Counted from the first letter of the stretch, positions 52,121 through 63,146 are shown. The stretch: DNA of 64,000 bases from Thermodesulfobacteriota bacterium (GCA_963675595.2 CAXXLZ010000002.1:4640001-4704000); one strand, 5' to 3'. Program-made: numbers and translations. Notes: generated from the sequence alone by a model not told the origin.

Positions 52121-55100
52121 ATTGAAGCTCCCGCCTGCGGTTGAAAGGTCTGAATGATGTTGATCAGCTCGTCGATTTGGGCATCGTCATGAAAAACGCC
52201 GTCCGGGCCGTCGCTGGCTATGGTAATGAAAGGTTCCTCGTAGAGTCTGTCCACGGTGATGACTCCGTATTTCTGGATATGGTTCTTGAGAAGGCGCAAA
52301 AAATGGGTCTGACGTGAGTTTTCAGCGAACCTGCGTGCAAAGTCGGCGAATCGTTCTTCCACAGCCTCAGGCTCCATGCCGATAATGGTGCGGATGATGA
52401 AATCAAGGGGCGGGGCCGATTCGGGGAAAAACTCGCGAAGCAGCTCCAGGTTCACATCCGGATTTTGAGTGAGGGTAAGCGAAATGAGCGATTCCAGGTC
52501 TTTCTTGGAAACCGGATCGCCTCGTCTGATCTTCCTGAGGGCCGGACTGGTGTCGAAGAGTTTTACCAAAGTCTCCTCCACCATCTGGCGATAAAGCTGC
52601 ATGTCGATGGAGCGGACGTTGCTGGTGCGTCGGTCGAGCCTCACGTCACCGTCGGTTACGTCGATGGTCTTGGGCGGCAAAAGGCCGGCGCCGGTCGGCT
52701 TCTGCCGGTGGTGCATGATGCCCCGCAGTCCTTGACGCGCCTCTTCAAGCGCCGCAACGTCGACATGTTCCCAGAACTGCGAGGAGAGAACTTTCTTGAT
52801 CAATTCCGCCCGAGCCTGCACCGGGTTGAGGTGCATGAGAAGACCGCTCACTCGGTCTTGGGTCTGGTCGCGGAAGTCGGCCAGGCGGCCGGAGTCGCGT
52901 AGAAGCTCGATCTGGGCGTTGGTCGTCAACAGGTCGAAGCCGTAGGCGTCGTTATGATCGCGGGTAAAGACCCACTGCATGAGCGGCGCGATGTCGTTTT
53001 TGAGAGCGGCCGCCGTAGCCGGGGCGAACTGGTCCAGCACTCCTTTCGCGAGGATGGCGGTCTTCGCCTTCCACCTCTCCCGTACGGCGATGGTGTCGTC
53101 GGGTAGGGTGTTGATGTCCTTTCTGATCAATTCCACCGTGGCTTTCACGGTGTCGAGATCAGCCTTGGCCAGGGCGGTTTCCGCGAGATGAATGCGGGCC
53201 TCGAAAACAAGCTGCATCACGCTCTTGGAAGGGGCCGGATCAGCCTCCGGCCGCTCGACCTCGAACCGCTCGAAATTGCCCCAGTGATCGAAGATGCGGA
53301 AGTTTTTCTTATCCTTGCCGGGTCCGAAGAGATTGGGGCGGAGGCGGGTGCCCCGGCCGATCATCTGCCAGAACTTCACCCAGGAGAAGACCGGTTTGGC
53401 AAAGACCAGGTTGACCACTTCGGGCACGTCGATGCCGGTGTCGAGCATGTCCACGGACACCGCGATGGTGAGCAGGTTGTCCGGCTCTTTGAAGTCGTCG
53501 ATGAGTTGCTCGGCGCGAGGGTCGTAGTTGTCGATCACCTGGCAGAACTTGCCGCCGTACTGGGGATAGAGTTCGTCGAAGACCTGGGCCAGCATCACGG
53601 CGTGGTGGTGGTTGCGGGCGAACACGATGGTCTTGCCGGGGCGTTGGCCGGCACCGTCTCGGATGCCGTGTTCCATCAGGTTGCGGATGATCTCCCGATT
53701 GGTGTCCCGGTTGAATATCTTCTTGTCGATGTCTTTGGAGTCGTAGTTGAAGGCTTCCGGGTTTTCGCCGGCGTCCTCCAGCTCTTCCCGCTGTTCCTCG
53801 GTCAGTTGGGCGAACCTGATGCCTTCGCGCAAGAACCCGGTGGTGTGAGTATAAACCTCATAGGGCACCAGGTATTTCTCTTCGACCGCCTGCTCTATCG
53901 AGTAATAGGCGGTGGGGTTCTTATCCTGGCAGTCGAAAAGCTTGAAGGTGTTGCGGTTGATCTTGTCCACCGGCGTGGCGGTCAGGCCCACCTGCAGGCA
54001 GTCGAACCACTTGAACAGGTCGCGGTACCGATTGTAGATGGAACGGTGCGATTCGTCGGCAATGATCAGGTCGAAAAAACCGGTGTCAAAGGTCTGGAAT
54101 ATCTTCATCATGGCCGGGTAGGTGGCCAGATAAATGCGCTTGTTGCGGTCCTGCGCAGTCTTGGCGGTAACATAGGTGAGTGGCGCGGACATGAACTCAC
54201 CGAAAACCTTCTTCGCCTGCTTGCGGAGTTCCAGACGGTCGCAGAGAAAGAGGATACGCTGGCCCCAGTTGGTCCGCGAAAGCATGTCCGCGAGGGCCAC
54301 GGCCACCCTGGTCTTGCCGGTGCCGGTGGCCTGTACGATGAGGGCTTTGCGGTGCTTGGCGGTAAACTGTTCACAGACCTTCTGGATAGCCTCGATTTGG
54401 TAAATACGGGCGCCGATGATCTCCTCTTTGGGCTCCGCCTTGGTCAGGGGCTGTTTGATCTCGCGCTGACGCACCAGATATTCAAGGCTGTCCTTGGAAT
54501 AAAAGCCGAAGAGACTGCGGGGCGGGTACTCCTGGGCGTCGTCCCAGATGGAGATGTCGAATCCGTTGGTGTAGAAGATCACCGGCCGCAGGCCGTGCTC
54601 CTTTTCCAGACCATCGGCATAGAGTCTCGCCTGAGTTCGGCCCTTTTCGGCACTCACGGCGGTCTTTTTGGCTTCGATGACCGCAAGGGGTTTCCCGGCA
54701 TCGCTCCAGAGAACGTAATCGGCATAGCCGATTCCTGTTTCGGTAGGCTGGTGGGGCACGTTAACCTCCTGCCAAACCTCGGCGGTGTTGCCGTTGTTCG
54801 GATCGACGTTCCATCCGGCCGCAACCAGCTGCTTGTTGATCAGGCGTTTCCTGGTCGTGGCCTCGTCGAACTTGAGGGCGTCGGCGGCCTGCCTGCCCGC
54901 CTGCTTGAAGGCCAGAAGCTCGGCCTCGGTTCTCTCGGCCTTTTCGGCTTTGGCGCGGAGCGCCTCCATCTGCTGGAGAAGCTCTTGCAGCTGAGCTTCC
55001 TGGGAAGCGAGTTTTTCCAGCGCCGCCTTCTTCTCTTTCTTCAGCCTGGCTTTGGTGTCCTCGGGCGGGGGCGCTTGATAGGCTGGCTGGTCTTCGGGAC

Positions 55101-55488
55101 GGCCGCCGCCATACGCGGCAAAGTACCACCAGCCCAGTTCCCAGGCTTCGCGGAGGCTGCCAAGGGCTGTCTCACTGTCAATCCGATCACCGTGTGCCGC
55201 CTTGTTGCCGTCGAGACGGATCTGGTGCAGCTTGTCCAGCACCACCTTGGGCACGGTGTCCTTGAAGGACTCTTCACCGAGCAGATCGAAGAGGTTGCGT
55301 TGATAGGGCAGGGCGAGGTTATGGATCCGGTAGATCCCTTCCACCAAGTGTTCGGTGAAGGTTCGGAGCTTGATGAGTGCACTTGAGGGGTCGGCGTGGG
55401 CGTACCGTTCGGCGAAACCACCCAGGATAGCCAACTCCGGCCACTGCTCCCGAAGCATCTCAAAATTTATCGAATCCATGATTTCCAT
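52117..55488 (-). CDS. hsdR: Type I restriction endonuclease subunit R (N-terminal DUF4145-like domain)
   Basis: ADYVL..IEAK nuclease, [35 protein letters not shown]. Confidence 0.96.
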   Translation of the reverse strand: MEIMDSINFEMLREQWPELAILGGFAERYAHADPSSALIKLRTFTEHLVEGIYRIHNLALPYQRNLFDLLGEESFKDTVPKVVLDKLHQIRLDGNKAAHGDRIDSETALGSLREAWELGWWYFAAYGGGRPEDQPAYQAPPPEDTKARLKKEKKAALEKLASQEAQLQELLQQMEALRAKAEKAERTEAELLAFKQAGRQAADALKFDEATTRKRLINKQLVAAGWNVDPNNGNTAEVWQEVNVPHQPTETGIGYADYVLWSDAGKPLAVIEAKKTAVSAEKGRTQARLYADGLEKEHGLRPVIFYTNGFDISIWDDAQEYPPRSLFGFYSKDSLEYLVRQREIKQPLTKAEPKEEIIGARIYQIEAIQKVCEQFTAKHRKALIVQATGTGKTRVAVALADMLSRTNWGQRILFLCDRLELRKQAKKVFGEFMSAPLTYVTAKTAQDRNKRIYLATYPAMMKIFQTFDTGFFDLIIADESHRSIYNRYRDLFKWFDCLQVGLTATPVDKINRNTFKLFDCQDKNPTAYYSIEQAVEEKYLVPYEVYTHTTGFLREGIRFAQLTEEQREELEDAGENPEAFNYDSKDIDKKIFNRDTNREIIRNLMEHGIRDGAGQRPGKTIVFARNHHHAVMLAQVFDELYPQYGGKFCQVIDNYDPRAEQLIDDFKEPDNLLTIAVSVDMLDTGIDVPEVVNLVFAKPVFSWVKFWQMIGRGTRLRPNLFGPGKDKKNFRIFDHWGNFERFEVERPEADPAPSKSVMQLVFEARIHLAETALAKADLDTVKATVELIRKDINTLPDDTIAVRERWKAKTAILAKGVLDQFAPATAAALKNDIAPLMQWVFTRDHNDAYGFDLLTTNAQIELLRDSGRLADFRDQTQDRVSGLLMHLNPVQARAELIKKVLSSQFWEHVDVAALEEARQGLRGIMHHRQKPTGAGLLPPKTIDVTDGDVRLDRRTSNVRSIDMQLYRQMVEETLVKLFDTSPALRKIRRGDPVSKKDLESLISLTLTQNPDVNLELLREFFPESAPPLDFIIRTIIGMEPEAVEERFADFARRFAENSRQTHFLRLLKNHIQKYGVITVDRLYEEPFITIASDGPDGVFHDDAQIDELINIIQTFQPQAGASI

Positions 55489-55499
55489 GCCCCCTATAC

Positions 55500-55516
55500 A
55501 GCAACCGCCGTGCCAA
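55500..55516 (-). promoter_or_regulatory. Sigma54 (-24/-12) promoter upstream of hsdR
   Basis: TTGGCACGGCGGTTGCT matches TGGCAC-N5-TTGC exactly, in the 30-bp gap between activator stop and hsdR start. Confidence 0.85.
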
Positions 55517-55518
55517 AC

Positions 55519-57033
55519 CTATTCGAGGCCGTATTTCTTGAGCCAGTTGGTCAGCGTCTGATAGCTCGACAGCCCCAGTGTTTTCGCAGTCTTTGTCTTG
55601 TTGCCGTTGTTCAATTCAAGCGCCCGTTCGAGATAATGGACCGCCACCCTCTCCATGATCTCCGGCAAGTCGATTCCCTGAGTAAGAGGTTGGTGGAGAA
55701 TGCCGTCCTTTCCTTTGTCTGTAGCCTGCGGAACCGGGAGCAGCGCGTCACGGATATCCTCCTCGCCGATCTCCTCGTCCAGCGACCAGACCGCCGCCCT
55801 GGTCAAAGTATTCTGCAGCTCCCGTACATTGCCCGGCCAGGCGTGGCGAATCAGAAGGTTTCTTGCGGAAACAGAAAGTTTCTTTTTCTTGAAGCCCGGT
55901 TCGCTGTGGCTCTCCCGGTTGATCCGGTCCAGAAATTGATCGATGAGCAGGCCGACATCCCCTTCGCGCTCGCGAAGAGGCGGCAGCTTGATCACCGCCA
56001 CGGCCAGCCGGTAAAAAAGATCCTCCCGGAAGCACCCGGCCCCCACCTCGTCGATAAGATTTCTGTTGGTGGCCGCAATAATCCTTACGTCAACTTTCCG
56101 GGGCTTGATCGCGCCGATCCGCTTGACCTCCCCTTCCTGCAGGGTGCGCAGCAGCTTGACCTGCATATCTTTCGGCAGTTCGCCGATCTCGTCAAGAAAA
56201 ACGGTGCCGGTGTGGGCCGCCTCAAACTGGCCGACTCTGCCTGTAGCAGCCCCGGTGAAGGCCCCTTTCTCATGACCGAACAGCTCGGACTCGACCAGTT
56301 CAGCCGGAATCGCCCCGCAGTTGATGGCCGTAAAAGGCTTGTCCCTGCGAGGGCCGGCGTCATGAATGGCGCGGGCGAACAGTTCCTTGCCGGTGCCGGA
56401 TTCGCCTTCGATCAGCACCGGGATGGAGCGTGGCGCAATCCGCCGCGCCTTGAGCACAACCCGCTGCATCACCTCGCTGCGGTGGACGATGTCATCAAAC
56501 TCCGGGGCCTCGGCGGGCAGGCCGGCGGCCAACCGCTCCAGGGTCTGGTCCGGCCTCCTGAGCAGATTGGGTACAAAATCAGCGGAAATGTCGAAAGGCA
56601 CCGAAGCGGTGTAGACACCGTGCTCTTTGGTGGATTCAATTAATACCGCCGGAAAACGGGCTTTGGCGAGCAGTATCCAGACCGCCGCCATGGCCGGGGT
56701 GCCTGGGCTCAAATGAAAAAACAGATCGGCCTCGGGACCGTACTCCCTGATCTTTTCGGTGATAATCGCCGACGCGGCCTGATAGATTTCCCCGAAATTG
56801 GTGGGACTGGAAAGCTGTACCTGCAGGAGAAGGATTTTCGCCGGCGTCATTGGTGTCAGCCAGGAGATATAGCTTTCCGCCAAAGACCTCTCCCAGTTGT
56901 TGAGCAACACCACTTCAGTGTATGTCTGTGCCCGGACGGCCTGCGCTATAGGCCCCAATCCGATATCGGGCACACCGGACGCCGCCTTGAAGTCCGTGGC
57001 TCCCACCCAGCAAAATAGAATCCGAGCCTCCAT
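55519..57033 (-). CDS. Sigma54-dependent activator with N-terminal RtcR/CARF-like domain
   Basis: ILFCWVGATD, FHLSPGTPAMAAVW (CARF/RtcR-like), [23 protein letters not shown]-terminal HTH. Confidence 0.9.
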   Translation of the reverse strand: MEARILFCWVGATDFKAASGVPDIGLGPIAQAVRAQTYTEVVLLNNWERSLAESYISWLTPMTPAKILLLQVQLSSPTNFGEIYQAASAIITEKIREYGPEADLFFHLSPGTPAMAAVWILLAKARFPAVLIESTKEHGVYTASVPFDISADFVPNLLRRPDQTLERLAAGLPAEAPEFDDIVHRSEVMQRVVLKARRIAPRSIPVLIEGESGTGKELFARAIHDAGPRRDKPFTAINCGAIPAELVESELFGHEKGAFTGAATGRVGQFEAAHTGTVFLDEIGELPKDMQVKLLRTLQEGEVKRIGAIKPRKVDVRIIAATNRNLIDEVGAGCFREDLFYRLAVAVIKLPPLREREGDVGLLIDQFLDRINRESHSEPGFKKKKLSVSARNLLIRHAWPGNVRELQNTLTRAAVWSLDEEIGEEDIRDALLPVPQATDKGKDGILHQPLTQGIDLPEIMERVAVHYLERALELNNGNKTKTAKTLGLSSYQTLTNWLKKYGLE

Positions 57034-57505
57034 AGCCAAACGGAAATACAAGATCTCTTGCGAAGACGTAAAGTATTTTGTTGTCAACGAGATGAAAACA
57101 GGCGACCCTTGGCAGTCCAGGCCCCTGTTTGTCTTTCCGCCGGCGGGGAAGGTGGCCGGAAGCGCGATGCAAATCCCGGCGAAATGATTGCGGGGCCTGT
57201 CACAGTGGCCCCTCCATATGTTGGTGGTGAGGACTCTGAGACTCTGTGAGGGTAGGGGGCTTAGCCGTGGGTATGACCCATCCGACCGAAACGGAGCGAT
57301 GGAACGGTGAGAGGCGTACACGGCTGCTTGACCGGCGGAATGGAAAGCCCACGGCGCCCGGTCTGTGCCCCTTGACTGACGATTTCATGACAACGGGCGT
57401 GAACAAAAAAATAGGAGCAAAACGAAATCGACAATCAAATCCGAATGTTAGTGTCACGTAGTGAAAGGATTGGGCGCTCTCCATAATAGTATTGAAATAC
57501 CGCAA

Positions 57506-58954
57506 TCAAATTAAATCGCTTCCTTTAAGGACTCTATTTATTTCGTTAACAAAAATGCTCTCGTTCTTCTTCATTTGGGTTTGAAAGTCATTAAAAGTTT
57601 CGTTACAAATCAATTTACCTTTTTCAGGTATTACAAGAAAGAAAATATAAAAACCAATCCCAAGTTCCGGAAACTCCTGAAAAATAGATCGTGCTTTTGG
57701 ATCGTCTGATGGAAATACAAAACCAAACCCAGTTAACTTTTCAAATTGTTTCTTATATGCAGCTGCATAACTGATGAGTTGAAATGAATCTTCCCTGGAA
57801 ACTCCTTTATCATTATGCCATCGCTTATATTTAACATCCAAAATAAGCGTCTTTGATTTGCCTTCTATTATTATATCAGGCAAAAGGGATCTTCGTGTTT
57901 TGCCATTATTTCCTCCAGTGGGATATCTTACCGTTTCAGGAGAGTCTGGAGTCAACTTTTTTATTGTTAAATCATGAGATTCCCGTATAAGAACTTTGCG
58001 AATATGGGATTCAAAAAGAAGTGATATATCAAACAAAAATCCCGAAAAGTCTTTATGATCAATCCCTAAATCAATATTCTCATTTAAAAGAATCTTTTTA
58101 CTTAATGAGACGACTTCCTCGTAGCCAAGAAAATATGGATTGGTAATAAAAAAATGATTATGATCCCTTTGGGTTATCCTATTTCCATTGCAGGCTTCTG
58201 CGAAAGTATTTTTAACCTTATGCAAATCTGAAACTATTTCATGAAGTTCATCGTTTCTATATAGTATTTGAAATACGGTATAGATCAACCTGGTGACGGG
58301 GTTATTGTAGTTATGTTCTCTATACTGACATGGGTATGTACCTGTGCTGACCGGTGCTCTTAAATGCTCTTTAATATCAAAGTTTCCTCTAATTAGAGGA
58401 ATTTTATCTTTTATCCCAACATATAGTTTTGGAACTCCTAAAATATAAGATTGTAATAGACGTCTCTTCCATAAGAAAACCAACAGCCACTTGATAAAAG
58501 CACGCTCGGAGTAACTGCCTAAATCTTTGATTTCCATAAAGCCTTCACTTGACGTAATCATATGGAAAAGAAAAGATACGCCAAACCTTGAAGAAACTTT
58601 TACAGAAAAATCATATCCGTCTATTTTTCCTTTTAATTCTCCAACCAGATTGCCTGTTTCAAGTTTTACAAAAGTACTGAAGCAATCACCATGCACTTTA
58701 AGAAATATTTGATCTTTTGATAAATCAAACTCTTGTCCCCACTTAACAATATATTTATCACCATTTGCAAGGGAGTTTTCAATTTGTTCAACCACTTTTC
58801 GAACAAATTGAGTTGCCCTGGATAGGTTATTTGCACCATTTCCACAACAAATCGATTGATTATATTTATCATTGTTGTTCGAAATATTTTTGCCTACAGA
58901 ATATATACTATTGTCTTCCAAGCTAGTTAATAACTCTGATATAATCACGGTCAT
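57506..58954 (-). CDS. mcrC: McrC family restriction nuclease subunit
   Basis: DISLLFE, PDIII..ILDVKYK, REDSFQLISY; AT-rich; 1-nt overlap with McrB-like gene. Confidence 0.85.
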   Translation of the reverse strand: MTVIISELLTSLEDNSIYSVGKNISNNNDKYNQSICCGNGANNLSRATQFVRKVVEQIENSLANGDKYIVKWGQEFDLSKDQIFLKVHGDCFSTFVKLETGNLVGELKGKIDGYDFSVKVSSRFGVSFLFHMITSSEGFMEIKDLGSYSERAFIKWLLVFLWKRRLLQSYILGVPKLYVGIKDKIPLIRGNFDIKEHLRAPVSTGTYPCQYREHNYNNPVTRLIYTVFQILYRNDELHEIVSDLHKVKNTFAEACNGNRITQRDHNHFFITNPYFLGYEEVVSLSKKILLNENIDLGIDHKDFSGFLFDISLLFESHIRKVLIRESHDLTIKKLTPDSPETVRYPTGGNNGKTRRSLLPDIIIEGKSKTLILDVKYKRWHNDKGVSREDSFQLISYAAAYKKQFEKLTGFGFVFPSDDPKARSIFQEFPELGIGFYIFFLVIPEKGKLICNETFNDFQTQMKKNESIFVNEINRVLKGSDLI

Positions 58955-60825
58955 TAAACCTTTATAAATTCGTTTTTCAAAGCTTCAAGCTTCCTTCCTA
59001 TGACTCCGCTATTTCCAATACCTCTAAAATACTCCGTGAGAAGTGGTTCAAGGCGGCAAGTCCAAAAAGAGTTGATGTACGATTTAATTCCGCCAGGACC
59101 AGAATATTCGCCTACTGCTTTCATATAAGCGTGACCAATCATATAATGAGGACCAAGCAAAGGTTCCTCGGAAATTCTTTCATTTAATCGCTTTAAACTC
59201 TCACAGAATTTCGTTATGAAATCTTCAGGAATATGATTCTCGGTCATAATTTGTCTGGCGGCAAAAAGATCAGGTTTTACTTCAATCCATCGAAACCTGC
59301 GCCGAAGTGCGAAATCGAAACTTTCGACGCTCCGATCTATTGTATTCATCGTGCCATATAGATATAAATTGTATGGAATAAAAAAGTATTCTTTGTCGTC
59401 TATAATGAGAAATGAAGATTTGTCAAAATTTCCGCCGTCATGCATAGCTGAATATTGTGTCTCGATTTTATGTGATGCCCCCCTATATTCTAATGAATAC
59501 ATTAACTCACCGAATACTCTGGAAAGTTCTGCTCGGTTGATTTCATCTATAATAAAAAAATAGGGTGGAAGAAGATTTATTAGTTTTTCGTCATTTTTAA
59601 TATCATCATTTTCAGTAATGAATCTCCATATCTCTGAGGTAATCTTTTTGTCTTTAATGTTGTCCTTAATATCTGAAACTGTTGTCTTCTCTTCAAGGGG
59701 TTGTCTTGTGGCATTATAATAATCGATTTCCCAGGTAGCAGCTTTTTTACAGAACTTCTTGAATACTCCTTCTACTAAACCCAACTTTATGTTACCATTT
59801 TGAGAGCTTGTAGGTCTTATTCCCTCAACAAAATCTTCATATCCGAATGATGGATGAAACTGAATTAAAGAGCTAAATTCGGCAAACAGTTTATCATTTG
59901 TGTCAAGCTTAGGTTTGAAAGTTTTGTTATTGTTGTGCCATGATATTATTTTGGATTTGCTTATCTCCTTCGCTTTCCAGGTTTTTCCTGTACCAGGGCT
60001 GCCGTGAAAGACAATTTGTTTATCGTCTTGAGCTAATCCTAAAGTATCATACAGCCACCAGAAAAAAGTTGAACGGTAGTATATGTTATCGTTTTCGATG
60101 TGCAAATTGTGATGTTTAATTTGAGAGTCTAGTAATTCCAGTATATATAGGTTTGATTCAAGCCAATCCTTATTTAGTTTATCAATACCCGACCAATTAA
60201 TTTGAGAAATGAAGGTGTTGTAGTGAGCTTGCGGAACTATTGTCGTACATTTACCTGGGATACATCCTGCAATAAACCTATTAACAACTGCCGGAAAGCG
60301 ATTTATATGGTTGGTTTCAGCGTAACTTTCCATCCAGTCATGGGCGTCGTTCCAAACCTGTTTTATAACAGAGTTTTTGCTGTCCTCTTTTGCTAATTTA
60401 ATAGCTTTGCAAACAACTTCCCAAAATTCATCTTCTTGCATTAGCTTTTTATAATTTTCCTTAGAAACGCCTCCTAACCCGACAGAAGCCACTCCGTTTG
60501 CGCGCTCATACCAACATTGGCTGATAAACGAATCAAAATCTTCTCCTCCCGCTTTTTCAAAGGCCGTTTGTAAGTCCTTCTTTGTTTTACCTTCGAGGTA
60601 TTTTGCTGTTTGTTTGATTTTGTCGCAAAATGCGTCAAAAGCACTTACCCAGTCTTCATTAGGTCTCTCTATACAATAGTGTTGGTAAAGTTGCCCCAAA
60701 TAATTCTTTAAGTTCGTTTCTTTGTCTGTTTCCACTGGATTCTCCATCAAATGCTTAGTGCTTGTTGGGGTAGTGGTATTTTCGCAAAACATCAAGTTTT
60801 GGTGGAACCCATCTTGTGCATTCAA
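58954..60825 (-). CDS. mcrB: McrB family AAA+ GTPase (start uncertain, possibly 60747)
   Basis: GSPGTGKT, QFHPSFGYEDFVEG, IIDEINRA, TMNTIDRS, FALRRRF, IGHAY. Confidence 0.92.
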   Translation of the reverse strand: MNAQDGFHQNLMFCENTTTPTSTKHLMENPVETDKETNLKNYLGQLYQHYCIERPNEDWVSAFDAFCDKIKQTAKYLEGKTKKDLQTAFEKAGGEDFDSFISQCWYERANGVASVGLGGVSKENYKKLMQEDEFWEVVCKAIKLAKEDSKNSVIKQVWNDAHDWMESYAETNHINRFPAVVNRFIAGCIPGKCTTIVPQAHYNTFISQINWSGIDKLNKDWLESNLYILELLDSQIKHHNLHIENDNIYYRSTFFWWLYDTLGLAQDDKQIVFHGSPGTGKTWKAKEISKSKIISWHNNNKTFKPKLDTNDKLFAEFSSLIQFHPSFGYEDFVEGIRPTSSQNGNIKLGLVEGVFKKFCKKAATWEIDYYNATRQPLEEKTTVSDIKDNIKDKKITSEIWRFITENDDIKNDEKLINLLPPYFFIIDEINRAELSRVFGELMYSLEYRGASHKIETQYSAMHDGGNFDKSSFLIIDDKEYFFIPYNLYLYGTMNTIDRSVESFDFALRRRFRWIEVKPDLFAARQIMTENHIPEDFITKFCESLKRLNERISEEPLLGPHYMIGHAYMKAVGEYSGPGGIKSYINSFWTCRLEPLLTEYFRGIGNSGVIGRKLEALKNEFIKV

Positions 60826-60844
60826 TGTCTGTAGAAAGGTTCCA

Positions 60845-62560
60845 TCATTCTTTTGCTAAGAGATCAAGCACACTGTTATCAACAATAATCTCCAAACAAG
60901 CCCTCCGGTCCTGCGTGATCCGATCCATGGACTCATCCATTTGGACGAGCAGCTCTTCCACGATATCGGCCATGGCGTCTTGAAGGTCTTCGAAGGATTC
61001 AATGCCTTGCCGGAATCGATCGACAATGCGCTCTACGGCAAGCGGGAGCAGGCCGAAGTTGTTGGAATCCGACATATGTTCGATATCCGCGATCCTGTCC
61101 AGAAACCATGCTGCCTGGGGAGCGAGGGGAGTTAGAATCGCCGTGTCGGCGCGATAGGTCATCTCAGGGTCGTTGGTGATGATGACCCCGAGGCTCGCCC
61201 ATTCGGGAGCCGGATAAGATTCCGAACTCCTCCTCCCCCAGACTTCCCCTTCAAGGGTATTCAAGGCTTTGATCATTCGGACGCCGGCTTGCTCATCACC
61301 GCTCAATTCCTTCTCTTCCCGCAAGGAGTGCTTTCCGACCTCGTCTTGAACGATTTTGACCATCGTCTCTTTCAATTGGGAGCGTATTAAATCCTTACTA
61401 CCTGCGGTGATCGCTTGGTCTAGGATCCTGGCCAGAATCTCCTCCCGTTTGGCCTTCAGGCAATCCACCAATTCATGAGCGTCGGCGGGTCCCGTTGTGA
61501 TGTCTCCTCCGAATAGTCCCTCCCTGACGTCGTTCAGCGCCTGATTGAAGAGCCTTCGATGGTCCGCCATACCGGAGCGCACGGATTCATTCGAAGGAAG
61601 ATCGCTCCGAACCCCATGGTCGGATAGGTCGGACCTTTGGGAACCCTTGAGCCAAGCGCAACAATCCTCTTTCACTCGGTTGAAGTCTTCCCAGGTCACC
61701 CATCCCAGTCTTTGAGGGATGGTACTCAGTCGTTGGGAATCCCCCATTCTGTGCGGAAGGTCTCTCATCAATGCATCCAAGCCGCTCTTGTACTCCTGGA
61801 ATTTGTACCAGTAGAGCCTTGTCCCGTGATGCTCGCGAAAGTAATCCGGAGTGATCAAAGCAAAGAGGCTGAGTTCCGGGTCCCTGGCTCTCAAGGCCGG
61901 GTGCAGTTCATTTTCATTATTATCCTCCAGCATGACGTCGATGTTCCGGGCCATCTGGTTCCGGTTGACGCAGTAGGTGATCATATAGGAGATGTCCGAT
62001 AAGACCTTGGCTTCAAAGAGCACCGCAAAACCGTTATCCTGGTTAACGAGCAGTGCGTCCACATTGGTAGCGCCCTCAAGGTTCGCCTTGTGGCAGGTCC
62101 GGCCGTCCCAACCGGCGGCATCCAGAATATACGGAATGAACTGATGATCGCCGAGTAGCTTTCCCATCCATTTTTTGTACGTTGCCGGAGATGGAAGATT
62201 GGCTTCAAAGAACAGATGCAGATCACCGTTCAAGCATTCTTCCCAACCCATACCGGAAGTGGGATGCCGGCATCCGAAAGCACCTTGGAGCAACTCCCCA
62301 AAAAGACGTTCCCGGTTCGGAGAGTGGTAAAGACCCATCAGTGCGGACACCGTCCAAAACTGCTCGTCCTTCTCCACCTGGCACGAGACTTTCAATTTGT
62401 CCAAGGCGAGACCTTTCCGGTCTTCCGATTCAACGGGTGCGAGGGCATATCGCTCCAAGCTTGCCTTGTAGCGGTTCACATGCTTGGACGCAGTCTGGAC
62501 ATCCACAAAATGCTGTTTCAGCTGATCCTCGGAAAACGGCAGGTAAACAGGGTGCAACAT
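60845..62560 (-). CDS. PD-(D/E)xK nuclease-like protein with C-terminal helical extension
   Basis: EGATNVDALL..VLFEAKVLSD..RNQMARNID, LGWVTWED; AAAGGAG RBS. Confidence 0.65.
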   Translation of the reverse strand: MLHPVYLPFSEDQLKQHFVDVQTASKHVNRYKASLERYALAPVESEDRKGLALDKLKVSCQVEKDEQFWTVSALMGLYHSPNRERLFGELLQGAFGCRHPTSGMGWEECLNGDLHLFFEANLPSPATYKKWMGKLLGDHQFIPYILDAAGWDGRTCHKANLEGATNVDALLVNQDNGFAVLFEAKVLSDISYMITYCVNRNQMARNIDVMLEDNNENELHPALRARDPELSLFALITPDYFREHHGTRLYWYKFQEYKSGLDALMRDLPHRMGDSQRLSTIPQRLGWVTWEDFNRVKEDCCAWLKGSQRSDLSDHGVRSDLPSNESVRSGMADHRRLFNQALNDVREGLFGGDITTGPADAHELVDCLKAKREEILARILDQAITAGSKDLIRSQLKETMVKIVQDEVGKHSLREEKELSGDEQAGVRMIKALNTLEGEVWGRRSSESYPAPEWASLGVIITNDPEMTYRADTAILTPLAPQAAWFLDRIADIEHMSDSNNFGLLPLAVERIVDRFRQGIESFEDLQDAMADIVEELLVQMDESMDRITQDRRACLEIIVDNSVLDLLAKE

Positions 62561-62586
62561 GATCTTCTCCTTTCCTGATGAAAAAG

Positions 62587-62860
62587 TCAGCCGACTCTTG
62601 GTCTCATTTCCCTGCATCGAACAAAAGCATGTTCATGCACTTTCGGGTGGTATCTCTTGAGCCATGCCGTCCGGTAGCCCATCAGGGTCTAGGCGATGTA
62701 GTGATTCTTCACCGCCAGGGTTCCGGCGTACTTAACAAGCAGGTCCCAGAGCCTTGCGCTTTCGTCTTCCTGAACGCGACTCTTTCGAGAAAGATCGAGA
62801 GAGAGATCAACCCGTGGCCTATCGATTTTAGTTCCCTTTCCGGCTCCGAAGTTTGAAGCC
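62587..62860 (-). pseudogene. Remnant of a DnaE (DNA polymerase III alpha)-like gene
   Basis: Manual translation LWDLLVKYAGTLAVKNHYIA*TLMGYRTAWLKRYHP resembles DnaE IFDL.EKFAGYGFNKSH.AAY.L..YQT.WLK.HYP; in-frame TAG at 62689-62691. Confidence 0.55.
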
Positions 62861-63146
62861 TACCATGCACATCAAATACGAGAACAACTTCAAGAGCCTC
62901 TGCGTCAAGGATAGATCGGTATAGTTCCAGATTCCGGAATGATTGATTCTGCCGTCAGTTTTTTTCTGGGAATGTTATTGGGCGCCCACTGTAAAAGGAA
63001 TGGGACAAAGCCATCGCCGGCCAGTGTCCGCTCAGATACCTTGAGGCGAAGGAGGATTTGTCGTGAACACAAAGAGCCCGCGGGTGATCAAGTGGGTTTC
63101 TTAATCCATTCAGCCGCGGACTCCGGATTGCGTCAGCATCATTAAT

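Noticed and set aside
53188-55386. 732-aa plus-strand ORF
   Set aside because: Antisense shadow of hsdR, no motifs; typical of GC-rich codon bias
57034-57321. N-terminal extension of the sigma54 activator
   Set aside because: Domain-like sequence begins at MEARILFCWVG (57033); upstream looks non-coding
62689-62691. TAG as pyrrolysine read-through
   Set aside because: No pyl genes in the window and another in-frame stop upstream; decay is simpler
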